A DNA stretch of 13,294 nucleotides from a virus. The notes beneath the pieces are model-generated. The model searched no databases, was not told the origin of the DNA, and saw only the letters and a list, made by a program, of their open reading frames with translations. Below are positions 1 to 7,342 of the stretch, in pieces. The stretch is from UHGV virus genome UHGV-0121640; one strand, given 5' to 3'. A program made the position numbers and the translations under genes. The stretch's first letter is position 1; every line of letters starts with the position of its first letter.

Positions 1-145
1 TTTCATCCACTTATTTCAGGCCAATGTAATTGGCGGTGATTCTACAGCAACTTGGATGCTTTAGCAGTTCGGACATTAGGCTACGAATGATCTGCCTAGA
101 GGTTTGTTAAGCCGCAAAGTGCTGGTGCTTTATGCCTGTGAAGTT

Positions 146-177
146 TATAATTGTGTACACATAACGAGTACACGAGG
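146..177 (+). promoter_or_regulatory. phd-doc promoter/operator region: TATAAT (146-151), palindrome GTGTACAC (153-160), near-repeat GAGTACAC (166-173), SD GAGG (174-177)
   Basis: Motifs read directly; Phd/Doc autoregulation through palindromic operator sites at its own promoter is established for P1. Exact site boundaries not verified. Confidence 0.45.
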
Positions 178-182
178 TATTT

Positions 183-404
183 ATGCAATCCATTAACTTC
201 CGTACCGCGCGCGGCAACCTTTCTGAAGTGCTCAACAATGTTGAGGCCGGGGAAGAGGTTGAAATCACCCGCAGAGGCCGTGAGCCAGCAGTAATTGTCA
301 GCAAGGCTACTTTCGAAGCCTACAAAAAAGCGGCGCTGGATGCTGAATTTGCATCCCTGTTTGACACCCTGGACTCCACCAACAAGGAACTGGTTAACCG
401 ATAA
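183..404 (+). CDS. phd: Phd antitoxin (prevent host death), 73 aa
   Basis: Translation [49 protein letters not shown]... matches P1 Phd as I recall it; SD GAGG 5 nt upstream; stop overlaps doc start (TAATG). Confidence 0.93.
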
Positions 405-784
405 TGAGGCATATATCACCGGAAGAACTTATTGCGCTTCATGATGCGAATATAAGCCGCTACGGCGGCCTGCCGGGAATGTCAGATCCGGGTAGGGCAG
501 AGGCCATTATCGGGAGAGTTCAGGCCAGAGTTGCCTACGAAGAGATTACCGACCTTTTCGAAGTCTCCGCCACCTACCTGGTGGCTACCGCGAGAGGGCA
601 TATATTCAATGATGCCAATAAGCGTACCGCGCTAAACAGTGCGCTGTTATTTCTACGCCGTAACGGGGTGCAGGTATTTGATTCACCTGAACTGGCAGAC
701 CTTACTGTAGGCGCTGCGACTGGCGAGATATCTGTATCTTCTGTCGCCGACACGTTACGTAGATTGTATGGTTCTGCGGAGTAG
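404..784 (+). CDS. doc: Doc toxin (death on curing), Fic-fold kinase, 126 aa
   Basis: Translation [22 protein letters not shown]... matches P1 Doc as recalled; translationally coupled to phd (ATG 404-406 overlaps phd TAA 402-404). Confidence 0.93.
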
Positions 785-788
785 ATTA

Positions 789-968
789 ATGGCACGCAAA
801 TACAACAAATTGTCCCGTGAAGCGTTAAAGATGCTTCTTGATGGCGTGAGTCGCCGCGAGGTAAAGCAATACCTGGTTGGTAAGCAAATTGGTGCTAGGA
901 CCGCTATTGCTGTGTTATGCCGTCAGGAAATGGTAGTGCTTAAACAGAGAATGCCGGGCAGCAGATAA
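789..968 (+). CDS. Small basic protein directly after doc; possible pdcA (post-doc) equivalent by position; start could be 768 or 789
   Basis: ORF in track (768-968); in-frame ATG at 789 lies just past the doc stop. Assignment rests on synteny only. Confidence 0.45.
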   Translation: MARKYNKLSREALKMLLDGVSRREVKQYLVGKQIGARTAIAVLCRQEMVVLKQRMPGSR

Positions 969-995
969 AGCCCAATCAGTGATTAAAGGTGTGAT

Positions 996-2039
996 GTGAA
1001 AGCCGTAATTACTCCCTTTGTACAGAAAGAGCTTGGCCTCGCCACGTTCAAAGTGGATCAGGAGGTCAGAAAGCTGGTGGAGGCTGGCCGTAAATTTATT
1101 ATGGAGCCGGTGCCGCGTGAGTTAATCGAGCACATGGAAGACGGCCTCGTTGTTACCGAGCAAACCATGGCAACAAATGAGGCGTTGCAGCCGTTTTTTA
1201 ACAGCGATGAACTGTTTCGCCGTATTGGTGGAATTGACGCGCTGGTGGCGTGGTTGCGTAGGAAAGAGGGTCAATGCCAGGCCGCAGATCGTAGTTGGTG
1301 TGACAACCATATTGTCCACGCTGAACGAGACAATAGCGCGGTGTTGTTGTGCTGGCATCACGATAACCATTACCGGATGCGTGGTTTTAATGAGCTGAAA
1401 GAAACGCTGCACAATAATCGCGTTAACTGGATACTGGATGTCGCCCGTCAGGAAATGGGCCTTTCAAATAGCCATGATTTAAGTATTCAGGAGCTGTGCT
1501 GGTGGGCTTTCATGCGCAACATGATGCACCTGATGCCGGAAGAAGTCTGCCGCATATCAATAAATAAGATGAAGGCTACTCCGCAGGATAGCGGACCACT
1601 GAAAGAGGCGGATATTCGCCCGTATGACGATCGCGCTACAGCATATGTTCAGATGATGGAAGAACGCGCCGCGCCGATGCGTGCAAAAGTATGCCCTGTG
1701 GATGTTGACTCCGACCCTGGCATGGCGCATTTCAAAATACCAAAACTGCGATCGCTAAAATTACCTGAGTACATGGACTTTGTTGCTTCCCGTCCATGCT
1801 GTGGGTGTGGAGCTGCGGGAGCTGGCGCTCACATTACGCCTTATATCGTTCGTCATAGTCGATTATGCGCGCATGACATTTATGCTATTCCTCTGTGCCA
1901 GTCATGCCAGCGTGATATTGAGCGTGACCGCGATAATTGGGAGAAGACGCACGGTAGGCTGGCGATGCATCAACGATTGTTCTTTGATTACGCGCTTGGA
2001 GTCGGCGCTATCACAAGTCATTCGTCGAGCGTTAGATAA
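996..2039 (+). CDS. Hypothetical 347-aa protein with Cys/His-rich C-terminus (CCGCG...C-x3-H...C-x2-C); possible pdcB equivalent by position
   Basis: Long ORF, GTG start preceded by AAGGTG; C-terminal Cys cluster suggests metal binding. No family assigned from sequence. Confidence 0.6.
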   Translation: MKAVITPFVQKELGLATFKVDQEVRKLVEAGRKFIMEPVPRELIEHMEDGLVVTEQTMATNEALQPFFNSDELFRRIGGIDALVAWLRRKEGQCQAADRSWCDNHIVHAERDNSAVLLCWHHDNHYRMRGFNELKETLHNNRVNWILDVARQEMGLSNSHDLSIQELCWWAFMRNMMHLMPEEVCRISINKMKATPQDSGPLKEADIRPYDDRATAYVQMMEERAAPMRAKVCPVDVDSDPGMAHFKIPKLRSLKLPEYMDFVASRPCCGCGAAGAGAHITPYIVRHSRLCAHDIYAIPLCQSCQRDIERDRDNWEKTHGRLAMHQRLFFDYALGVGAITSHSSSVR

Positions 2040-2040
2040 A

Positions 2041-2057
2041 ATTGCTCTAATGTATTG
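2041..2057 (+). promoter_or_regulatory. C1 operator-like site ATTGCTCTAATGTATTG (14/17 to consensus), followed by partial second copy (2054-2070) and a possible -35 TTGCTA / -10 TATTAT
   Basis: Direct match to recalled 17-bp asymmetric C1 operator consensus; sits 70 bp upstream of the 2128 ORF. Confidence 0.5.
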
Positions 2058-2127
2058 CTATTTCTTTAATTGAGGGTATTATATTCCACGTTGATTAGTT
2101 GACATGGGCTAATCAGTAGGTGACAGG

Positions 2128-2982
2128 ATGTTACTTAACTGGCAGGGACGCCATTTCATGGAAATAAATCACTCACGAATAACATCGTACGAGATTGCGG
2201 ATTACATGATCCGCACTAAATCTCTTCTATCAGCGAAAGAACTCGCAGCAATTCTTGAAAAGGAATACCCGCATCTGGATGTCGATAAGCGCGATGTTTA
2301 TCTGCGCTTAAAGGCTATCGCTGTGTCTAAGTATTCGTCTGTTTTGATTGATGACAGTACGTGTATTCGCCTGGTGCAGGAAATGCGCGATCAGCAAAAA
2401 GACGATGATGAAGGTACTCCGCCTGAATACCGTATCGCGAGCATGCTAAACAGCTGTTCCGCGCAGATAAGCAGCCTGATCAACACCATTTACAGCATCC
2501 GGAATAACTATCGAAAAGAAAGCCGGGAGGCGGAAAAGCACGCTTTGTCTATGGGGCAAGCTGGCATTGTTAAGCTGGCATACGAACGAAAGCGTGAAAA
2601 TAACTGGTCAGTGCTGGAAGCAGCTGAATTCATCGAGGCGCATGGTGGGAAAGTTCCGCCCCTGATGCTGGAGCAAATCAAAGCCGATCTGCGTGCTCCT
2701 AAGACCAATACCGATGACGAGGAAAACCAAACAGCATCTGGCGCTCCATCCCTTGAAGATCTGGATAAAATCGCACGAGAACGGGCCGCCAGCCGCCGCG
2801 CTGATGCCGCATTGTGGATTGAGCATCGTAGAGAAGAAATTGCCGGTATCGTCGATACAGGTGGTTATGGTGATGTCGATGCGGAAGGCATATCAAACGA
2901 AGCATGGCTTGAACAGGAGCTGGACGAAGACGAGGAGGAAGACGAAGAAGTTACCCGCAAACTGTACGGGGATGATGATTAA
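2128..2982 (+). CDS. Hypothetical 284-aa protein with strongly acidic C-terminal tail (DEDEEEDEE); operator-controlled; possibly a late-gene activator (Lpa-like) or terminase small-subunit-like protein
   Basis: Long ORF with coding-like composition; no Walker A; no P1 pac-type TGATCA hexamer cluster inside. Function not assignable from sequence. Confidence 0.6.
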   Translation: MLLNWQGRHFMEINHSRITSYEIADYMIRTKSLLSAKELAAILEKEYPHLDVDKRDVYLRLKAIAVSKYSSVLIDDSTCIRLVQEMRDQQKDDDEGTPPEYRIASMLNSCSAQISSLINTIYSIRNNYRKESREAEKHALSMGQAGIVKLAYERKRENNWSVLEAAEFIEAHGGKVPPLMLEQIKADLRAPKTNTDDEENQTASGAPSLEDLDKIARERAASRRADAALWIEHRREEIAGIVDTGGYGDVDAEGISNEAWLEQELDEDEEEDEEVTRKLYGDDD

Positions 2983-3934
2983 TGGCCAGAAGTTGCGTAA
3001 CCGCATCTTATTACTGTCACAGCCTACACGCCCAAGCGGCTATTTCTACGATACACACCATAAACTGGCCAAGCGTCCTGGTAACCCAGATGGCGTTTAT
3101 ACGGCGATCACGCTTAACAGTGAGGAATCACCGCTGGTAACGCCAGAATTTATCAAAATGAAGCTGGCGGAGTACGGCGGGCGTGATAACCCTATGTACA
3201 TGATTAAGGTACGCGGCCTATTCCCTAAATCACAGGACGGATTCCTTCTTGGACGTGATGAGGTTGAACGTGCGACGCGGCGGAAAGTCAAGATTGCCAA
3301 AGGATGGGGCTGGCTTGCATGTGTGGACGTTGCTGGTGGTACAGGACGGGATAAGTCCGTTATCAATATCATGATGGTGTCCGGCCAGCGAAATAAACGC
3401 CGTGTAATCAACTATCGAATGCTGGAATACACAGACGTTACAGAAACGCAGCTTGCCGCCAAAATTTTCGCAGAATGTAATCCTGAGCGATTCCCCAATA
3501 TCACCATAGCGATAGACGGCGATGGCCTGGGTAAAGCAACGGCGGATCTGATGTACGAGTATTATGGTATTACCGTACAGCGCATACGCTGGGGTAAAAA
3601 GATGCATAGCCGTGAAGATAAGAGCCTGTACTTTGATAAGCGTGCTTATGCCAATGTTCAAGCCGCAGAGGCCGTAAAATCTGGTCGTATGAGACTGGAT
3701 AAGGGTAATGAAACTATTGAGGAAGCGTCGAAAATCCCTGTAGGGATTAACTCCGCAGGTCAATGGCGGGTGATGACTAAGGAAGACATGAAGAAAAAGC
3801 TCAACCTGCACTCACCAGACCATTGGGATACATATTGTTTCGCTATGCTGGCGGATTATGTTCCCCAGGATGAGGTGCTAAGCGTCGAAGACGAAGCGCA
3901 GGTTGATGAAGCTCTGGCATGGCTTAATGAATAA
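2972..3934 (+). CDS. Terminase large subunit-like protein, C-terminal RNase H-fold nuclease half only (about 320 aa); no Walker A/B ATPase motifs; start uncertain (ATG 2972 or 2975)
   Basis: Motifs LLLSQP (ATPase motif III-like), [41 protein letters not shown] resemble acidic catalytic motifs of terminase nuclease domains. The upstream 2693-2971 extension in the track looks non-coding (overlaps 2128 ORF in another frame). Confidence 0.5.
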   Translation: MMINGQKLRNRILLLSQPTRPSGYFYDTHHKLAKRPGNPDGVYTAITLNSEESPLVTPEFIKMKLAEYGGRDNPMYMIKVRGLFPKSQDGFLLGRDEVERATRRKVKIAKGWGWLACVDVAGGTGRDKSVINIMMVSGQRNKRRVINYRMLEYTDVTETQLAAKIFAECNPERFPNITIAIDGDGLGKATADLMYEYYGITVQRIRWGKKMHSREDKSLYFDKRAYANVQAAEAVKSGRMRLDKGNETIEEASKIPVGINSAGQWRVMTKEDMKKKLNLHSPDHWDTYCFAMLADYVPQDEVLSVEDEAQVDEALAWLNE

Positions 3935-3937
3935 ATA

Positions 3938-3954
3938 CTTGCTCTAATAAATTG
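3938..3954 (+). promoter_or_regulatory. C1 operator-like site CTTGCTCTAATAAATTG (15/17), overlapping a possible promoter (-35 TTGTGA 3952-3957, -10 TACATT 3975-3980)
   Basis: Direct sequence match; position analogous to the operator controlling the immI promoter in P1 (recalled). Confidence 0.5.
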
Positions 3955-4085
3955 TGATTTTTGACTGCCGATGTTACATTGAACCTGACATCTTGCGCCT
4001 TGAGGCATTTTCGGTTTATGCTTATCAGGCACCTCATTAAAACGGGTGCCGGGATTGAGACCCCGGATAATGCAAAAGGCGACAC

Positions 4086-4109
4086 AGACGCCAAAAGCGT
4101 CTTTTTTTT
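4086..4109 (+). terminator. Rho-independent terminator: stem AGACGC / GCGTCT, loop CAAAA, followed by T8
   Basis: Hairpin plus U-run read directly at 4086-4109. Confidence 0.6.
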
Positions 4110-4159
4110 GTGTCATGCCATCGCACAGCCATACGTAGCGTTTAGCTCAGAGATCAATG

Positions 4160-4238
4160 GTAGTGCTGGCTGGGCTGCCGAAAGGCAGGCCGGTTCCCTT
4201 TTGCGCCGGTAGTCTCAACCCAGTCAGTGCTACCGCCA
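4160..4238 (+). ncRNA. Candidate c4-like antisense RNA: about 77-nt three-way-junction (tRNA-like) structure; boundaries approximate
   Basis: 13-bp closing stem 4162-4174 / 4219-4231 (3 G-U), internal hairpins CTGCC-GAAA-GGCAG (4175-4188) and 4190-4209, single-stranded GTCTCAA (4212-4218) complementary to TTGAGAC at 4055-4061 and 4241-4253; GGCAGGCC complementary with one bulge to GGCTGCC just after the downstream SD. By analogy to P1 c4 (RNase P-processed antisense RNA). Confidence 0.3.
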
Positions 4239-4294
4239 TTGAGATTGAGACCTCACGCGGTAGCTCCTTAAATTAGCAAAAGGAGGCTGCCATT

Positions 4295-4516
4295 GTGGCT
4301 ACTATCCCTACCCCTGCTCATCCTGAATTTATCTGGCGCTTTTACTCCTGCCAAAAACGTCACTATCACTTCGTTATTGCACCGACAGAAGATGAGGCAC
4401 GTTCTCAGCTTCCTGACGCCCCATGTATTTTCTCTGCCCGTTTTTCCACTGATTCACGCAATTCTCTCAGTTACTGGTGCCTCCCTGTTAACGCTTCTGC
4501 TCAGGAGGGACTATGA
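4295..4516 (+). CDS. 73-aa small protein, GTG start, translationally coupled to the antirepressor (ATGA overlap); icd-like position in an immI-type operon
   Basis: Strong SD AAAGGAGG (4279-4286) 8 nt before GTG 4295; stop TGA 4514-4516 overlaps ATG 4513. Size matches recalled P1 Icd (73 aa); sequence identity not verified. Confidence 0.5.
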   Translation: MATIPTPAHPEFIWRFYSCQKRHYHFVIAPTEDEARSQLPDAPCIFSARFSTDSRNSLSYWCLPVNASAQEGL

Positions 4517-5625
4517 GAACATCGTTAGTTACCCGTGAAGAGATGATCGAGGCAATTGAACAGCACACTGCCTGTATCAGTACCAGGGATATACCTGGCG
4601 TTATTGCCAACTACTTCATGATCACCAAACAACTTTACCGGAGAAAGGACAAACACGCGGTTCACCGCATTCTGCTAACCGATATCCGAGAATACCTGCT
4701 CGAACAGGGTCATCTGAATTACGCAACCGTCGCAGCCGAAGCACGCAAGGAGGCACACAGAATGAAAGCAACTAACGTTAAATCAGAAAAAATTTATGCA
4801 CCTTCAGTTCAGGAATCGGAACTGGTGGTTGTTCAGAATCAGCCGGATGAAATTCCCGTTCTGGAATGGCAGGGAGTACGTGTCGTGACAACCGAAACTC
4901 TTGCTAGAGGGTATGGGGTCGATGAAGCCAATATTCGCAACAATTTGTCTCGCAACCTTGACCGCTTTGAAGAAGGTAAGCATTACTTTCTTCTAACTGG
5001 TTTAAAATTAAGAGAATTTAAGAACAGAGTAACTGGAAGTTACTCTGTTGGTAAGAACGCCAGAAGCCTTACACTCTGGACAGAGCGCGGCGCTGCACGC
5101 ATGTCTAAGATCGTGGACACAAATGAAGCATGGGCATTCTTTGAAAAACTGGAAGACAGCTACTTCCGACAAAAAGAACAGCAACCGGTTGCAATCCCCC
5201 AAACATTACCAGAAGCCCTACGCCTGGCTGCCGAACTGGCTGAACAAAAGCAGCTTCTGGAACAGAAAGCCCACCAGCTAAATCAGCAGCTGGTGGCCGC
5301 CGCTCCTAAGGTCGATTTTGCCGACCGGGTATCAGTAGCTAAAGGGATCCTGATTGGGAATTTTGCAAAGGTTGTTGGACTTAAGCAAAACGCGCTGTTT
5401 GCCTGGTTACGGGAGAACGGCATCCTGATAGCGTCCGGTGGACGTAAAAATGTGCCGTTCCAGCAGTACATCAACGCGGGGTATTTCACGGTGAAAGAAG
5501 TGGTGCTGGATGATGAAAATGGCTACCAGATACGGCTGACGCCCCAATTAACGGGTAAAGGCCAGCAGTGGTTGACGCGTAAACTGCTCGATGCTGGCTT
5601 GTTAAAACCGGTGGCGGCTGAATAA
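4513..5625 (+). CDS. ant: Phage antirepressor, N-terminal ORF6N-type and C-terminal KilAC-type domains (370 aa); nested in-frame internal start at 4762 (287 aa) with its own SD, Ant1/Ant2-like
   Basis: ORF6N-like stretch LEWQGVRVVTTETLARGYGVDEANIRNNLSRNLDRFEEGKHYFLLTGLKLREF; KilAC-like stretch VSVAKGILIGNFAKVVGLKQNALFAWLRENGIL...QQYINAGYF; SD AAGGAGG (4747-4753) before ATG 4762. Sizes fit recalled P1 Ant1/Ant2 (42/32 kDa). Confidence 0.75.
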   Translation: MRTSLVTREEMIEAIEQHTACISTRDIPGVIANYFMITKQLYRRKDKHAVHRILLTDIREYLLEQGHLNYATVAAEARKEAHRMKATNVKSEKIYAPSVQESELVVVQNQPDEIPVLEWQGVRVVTTETLARGYGVDEANIRNNLSRNLDRFEEGKHYFLLTGLKLREFKNRVTGSYSVGKNARSLTLWTERGAARMSKIVDTNEAWAFFEKLEDSYFRQKEQQPVAIPQTLPEALRLAAELAEQKQLLEQKAHQLNQQLVAAAPKVDFADRVSVAKGILIGNFAKVVGLKQNALFAWLRENGILIASGGRKNVPFQQYINAGYFTVKEVVLDDENGYQIRLTPQLTGKGQQWLTRKLLDAGLLKPVAAE

Positions 5626-5632
5626 TGGAAGA

Positions 5633-5654
5633 ATGCCCGGTTGATGCCGGGCAT
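5633..5654. terminator. Hairpin ATGCCCGG-ttgatg-CCGGGCAT between convergent ant and c1 3' ends; possible bidirectional terminator
   Basis: 8-bp perfect stem read directly; flanks only moderately T-rich on both strands. Confidence 0.4.
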
Positions 5655-5657
5655 AAT

Positions 5658-6509
5658 TTATTGCGCGCTTTCGGGGTTGTCGTTTACTGGCTGCCCCTTC
5701 TTGGTTTTACGGCTGCGCGTAACTGATGCGGCTGACTTAACCTTTTTCTCTTCGCGAGTGATGGCAATTTGTTTTTTTACATTTTCAATATCTGCCAGGC
5801 GATATATTTTTGCTTGCGGCCAGCGGTCGCAGATGATCGGTTCTATGGAGTCATAAAGGCTAAATTTTGCTTTTTCGAATTCACCGTTGATGATAATTCC
5901 ATCACGGAGAGTTTCATCGCAGATAAACACGCCACACAGTGGCACATGGTAACTCACTGATTTACCATCATTGTAGTTAGGGCTACTGGAAATGTAGTGG
6001 ACGCGCAGCATTGTTTCGCTAAAGCCGTGTACGCGCATACGGAATTTTTCATCCTCCGGGTACTGCTTCATTAGCTCTTTTGTTGCTTCCAGGTTCTCTA
6101 TGTATTTCGCACTGTGCTCATTGATCCCCGCGCTTTTCTGGATGCGAATGTCCTTATCAATCAGATGAATAATGCGGCCAGCGGTCATGTTGACGCTGTT
6201 CACAGCTTCTGTCTGATAAGTCGTAACCTTACGCACACCGCGAAGGATGTTAGGCACTGGATATAAAATAGTCTTTGGGATATTGAGGTCTGGGTACTGT
6301 TCCAGTTCCCGCGCCATTAAAGTCCATTTATCAATTTCAGCCTGAATGCTGTCAGTTTCTTTGAACGGTAGAACGACAACCGGGCGTACAGGACGACCGT
6401 CGCTGGCTGTATCAACGTGTTGGGCGCGTGCAACAGCTTTTTTTAGAAAGAGATCCCTGAAGCTGACGAACTCCTGGTACAGTTGTTCGCCGTAGACATA
6501 ATTTATCAT
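5658..6509 (-). CDS. c1: C1 repressor of lysis (primary immunity repressor, immC), 283 aa
   Basis: Translation MINYVYGEQLYQEFVSFRDLFLKKAVARAQHVD...NDNPESAQ matches P1 C1 as recalled; strong SD (GGAGGAGG on minus strand) 5 nt before ATG. Confidence 0.93.
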   Translation of the reverse strand: MINYVYGEQLYQEFVSFRDLFLKKAVARAQHVDTASDGRPVRPVVVLPFKETDSIQAEIDKWTLMARELEQYPDLNIPKTILYPVPNILRGVRKVTTYQTEAVNSVNMTAGRIIHLIDKDIRIQKSAGINEHSAKYIENLEATKELMKQYPEDEKFRMRVHGFSETMLRVHYISSSPNYNDGKSVSYHVPLCGVFICDETLRDGIIINGEFEKAKFSLYDSIEPIICDRWPQAKIYRLADIENVKKQIAITREEKKVKSAASVTRSRKTKKGQPVNDNPESAQ

Positions 6510-6602
6510 TGATCCTCCTCCAGAATTGACATGGTCAATAACGCCCGGCTGAGAAAACCGGTCATTACTGACCTATATTATAGAGAGATCAAACAAAAAT
6601 AA

Positions 6603-6619
6603 TAGATTTATTAGTGCAT
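6603..6619 (-). promoter_or_regulatory. Degenerate C1 operator-like site between coi and c1 (minus strand ATGCACTAATAAATCTA; 9-bp core CTAATAAAT intact)
   Basis: Partial match to operator consensus with one-base deletion in the left half. Confidence 0.25.
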
Positions 6620-6829
6620 TTATTGTGAGTCTAACTGGTTAGTTGCCATGAGATATTCGATTGTGTCAGTGAGGTCATCCAGGTCGTCTTGGGTGATGCG
6701 GTACTCCTGATTGGATATCTTTGAGTAGTGTTCAGCAATGGCGCGGGCAGCGTCGGTTTCGGCAGGGTCTACAGATAAAGCGTTAGAGCAATGTCTAACG
6801 TCGTCGATGGTTGGTTGAATGAAAGCCAT
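6620..6829 (-). CDS. coi: Coi, C1 inactivator, 69 aa
   Basis: 69-aa acidic ORF immediately upstream of c1 on the same strand, as in P1 immC; size matches recalled Coi. Confidence 0.8.
   Translation of the reverse strand: MAFIQPTIDDVRHCSNALSVDPAETDAARAIAEHYSKISNQEYRITQDDLDDLTDTIEYLMATNQLDSQ
6776..6792 (-). promoter_or_regulatory. C1 operator-like half-match inside coi coding sequence (minus strand ATTGCTCTAACGCTTTA; first 10 bp perfect)
   Basis: Direct sequence match of left half only. Confidence 0.25.
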
Positions 6830-7066
6830 AATTATGCCTCACTGTATTGACAACACAGAGCCTGAAGCTCTGACCTACTGTTTCACCCATGATCCATGCT
6901 GGGGTAATCTAACAACATTGCGCTGTGTGTAAGATGAGCAATGCATAGCTGTAATGCCGTTGTATAAGGTTTCCCTGTTTGCTCATTTCCTTCTGAGCCG
7001 CTCTACAACGCTGAAGACACATTAAATAGTGAATCCAAAGTCGTATTACGTAACGGCGGCAAAACT
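6830..7066 (-). other. Leader region upstream of coi; expected location of the tiny imcB/imcA ORFs by P1 synteny (not resolved here)
   Basis: Synteny recall only; a 31-codon minus-strand ORF starting at 6890 overlaps the coi start but I cannot confirm it. Confidence 0.2.
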
Positions 7067-7067
7067 A

Positions 7068-7084
7068 TAATTTATTAGAGCAAT
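7068..7084 (-). promoter_or_regulatory. C1 operator (minus strand ATTGCTCTAATAAATTA; 16/17)
   Basis: Near-perfect consensus match; divergent with the 7151 copy, flanking about 65 bp; consistent with the Op99 cluster of P1. Confidence 0.6.
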
Positions 7085-7150
7085 TGTCAAACAACTATGA
7101 AAAACAATCCAGTTTTTTGCTGGTGGAGTGGGATTTTTCTCTCAAAATTT

Positions 7151-7167
7151 ATTGCTCTAATAATTCT
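7151..7167 (+). promoter_or_regulatory. C1 operator (ATTGCTCTAATAATTCT; 15/17)
   Basis: Direct consensus match. Confidence 0.55.
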
Positions 7168-7210
7168 TGATTTTTATATGCAGCTGGACGTAAACTCCTC
7201 TTCAGACCTA

Positions 7211-7244
7211 ATAACTTCGTATAGCATACATTATACGAAGTTAT
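7211..7244. other. loxP: loxP site: ATAACTTCGTATA-GCATACAT-TATACGAAGTTAT (13-bp inverted repeats, 8-bp spacer)
   Basis: Exact 34-bp canonical loxP read directly. Confidence 0.98.
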
Positions 7245-7315
7245 CTTAAGGGTTATTGAACATGATCAATTTACCTGTAAATCCATACAGTTCAATGCCT
7301 TATCAGGTCAAATAG

Positions 7316-7337
7316 TGATCACTTGATCATTTGATCA
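7316..7337. promoter_or_regulatory. Three TGATCA hexamers at exact 8-bp phase (7316, 7324, 7332), with a fourth at 7263: Dam-site cluster in the cre upstream region
   Basis: Read directly; methylation-sensitive cre promoters are described for P1. Confidence 0.5.
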
Positions 7338-7342
7338 AGGTT

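Noticed and set aside
96-419. Minus-strand ORFs of 107 aa and 65 aa overlapping phd
   Set aside because: Antisense shadow ORFs of a confidently identified gene; no SD; translations low-complexity.
574-795. Minus-strand 73-aa ORF inside doc
   Set aside because: Shadow ORF of doc.
1122-1412. Overlapping plus and minus ORFs inside the 996-2039 gene
   Set aside because: Embedded in a longer, better-supported ORF; Cys/Arg-rich junk-like translations.
2693-2971. N-terminal extension of the terminase-like ORF given in the track (start 2693)
   Set aside because: Overlaps the 2128-2982 ORF in another frame; the translation is basic and unstructured-looking with no ATPase motifs, so the start is more likely 2972/2975.
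3097-3811. Minus-strand ORFs of 104 aa and 193 aa
   Set aside because: Antisense to the terminase-like ORF; no SD; hydrophobic low-complexity translations.
2128-3934. P1 pac site (clustered TGATCA/G hexamers) inside the packaging-like ORFs
   Set aside because: Only isolated GATC sites found on reading; the only phased TGATCA cluster in the window is at 7316-7337 upstream of cre.
4134-4238. A genuine tRNA gene (AGCTCAG D-loop-like motif, ACCGCCA near the 3' side)
   Set aside because: No 7-nt anticodon loop (the central hairpin has a 4-nt GAAA loop) and no canonical T-loop; better explained as a tRNA-like RNase P substrate such as a c4-type antisense RNA.
3961-4538. Small plus-strand ORFs (83 aa at 3961, 81 aa at 4293) and a minus ORF (3856-4116) in the leader
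   Set aside because: They span the terminator and structured RNA region; the 4295 GTG-start frame with strong SD and ATGA coupling is the better-supported reading.
5641-5960. Plus-strand ORFs of 71 aa and 63 aa antisense to c1
   Set aside because: Shadow ORFs inside the c1 coding region.
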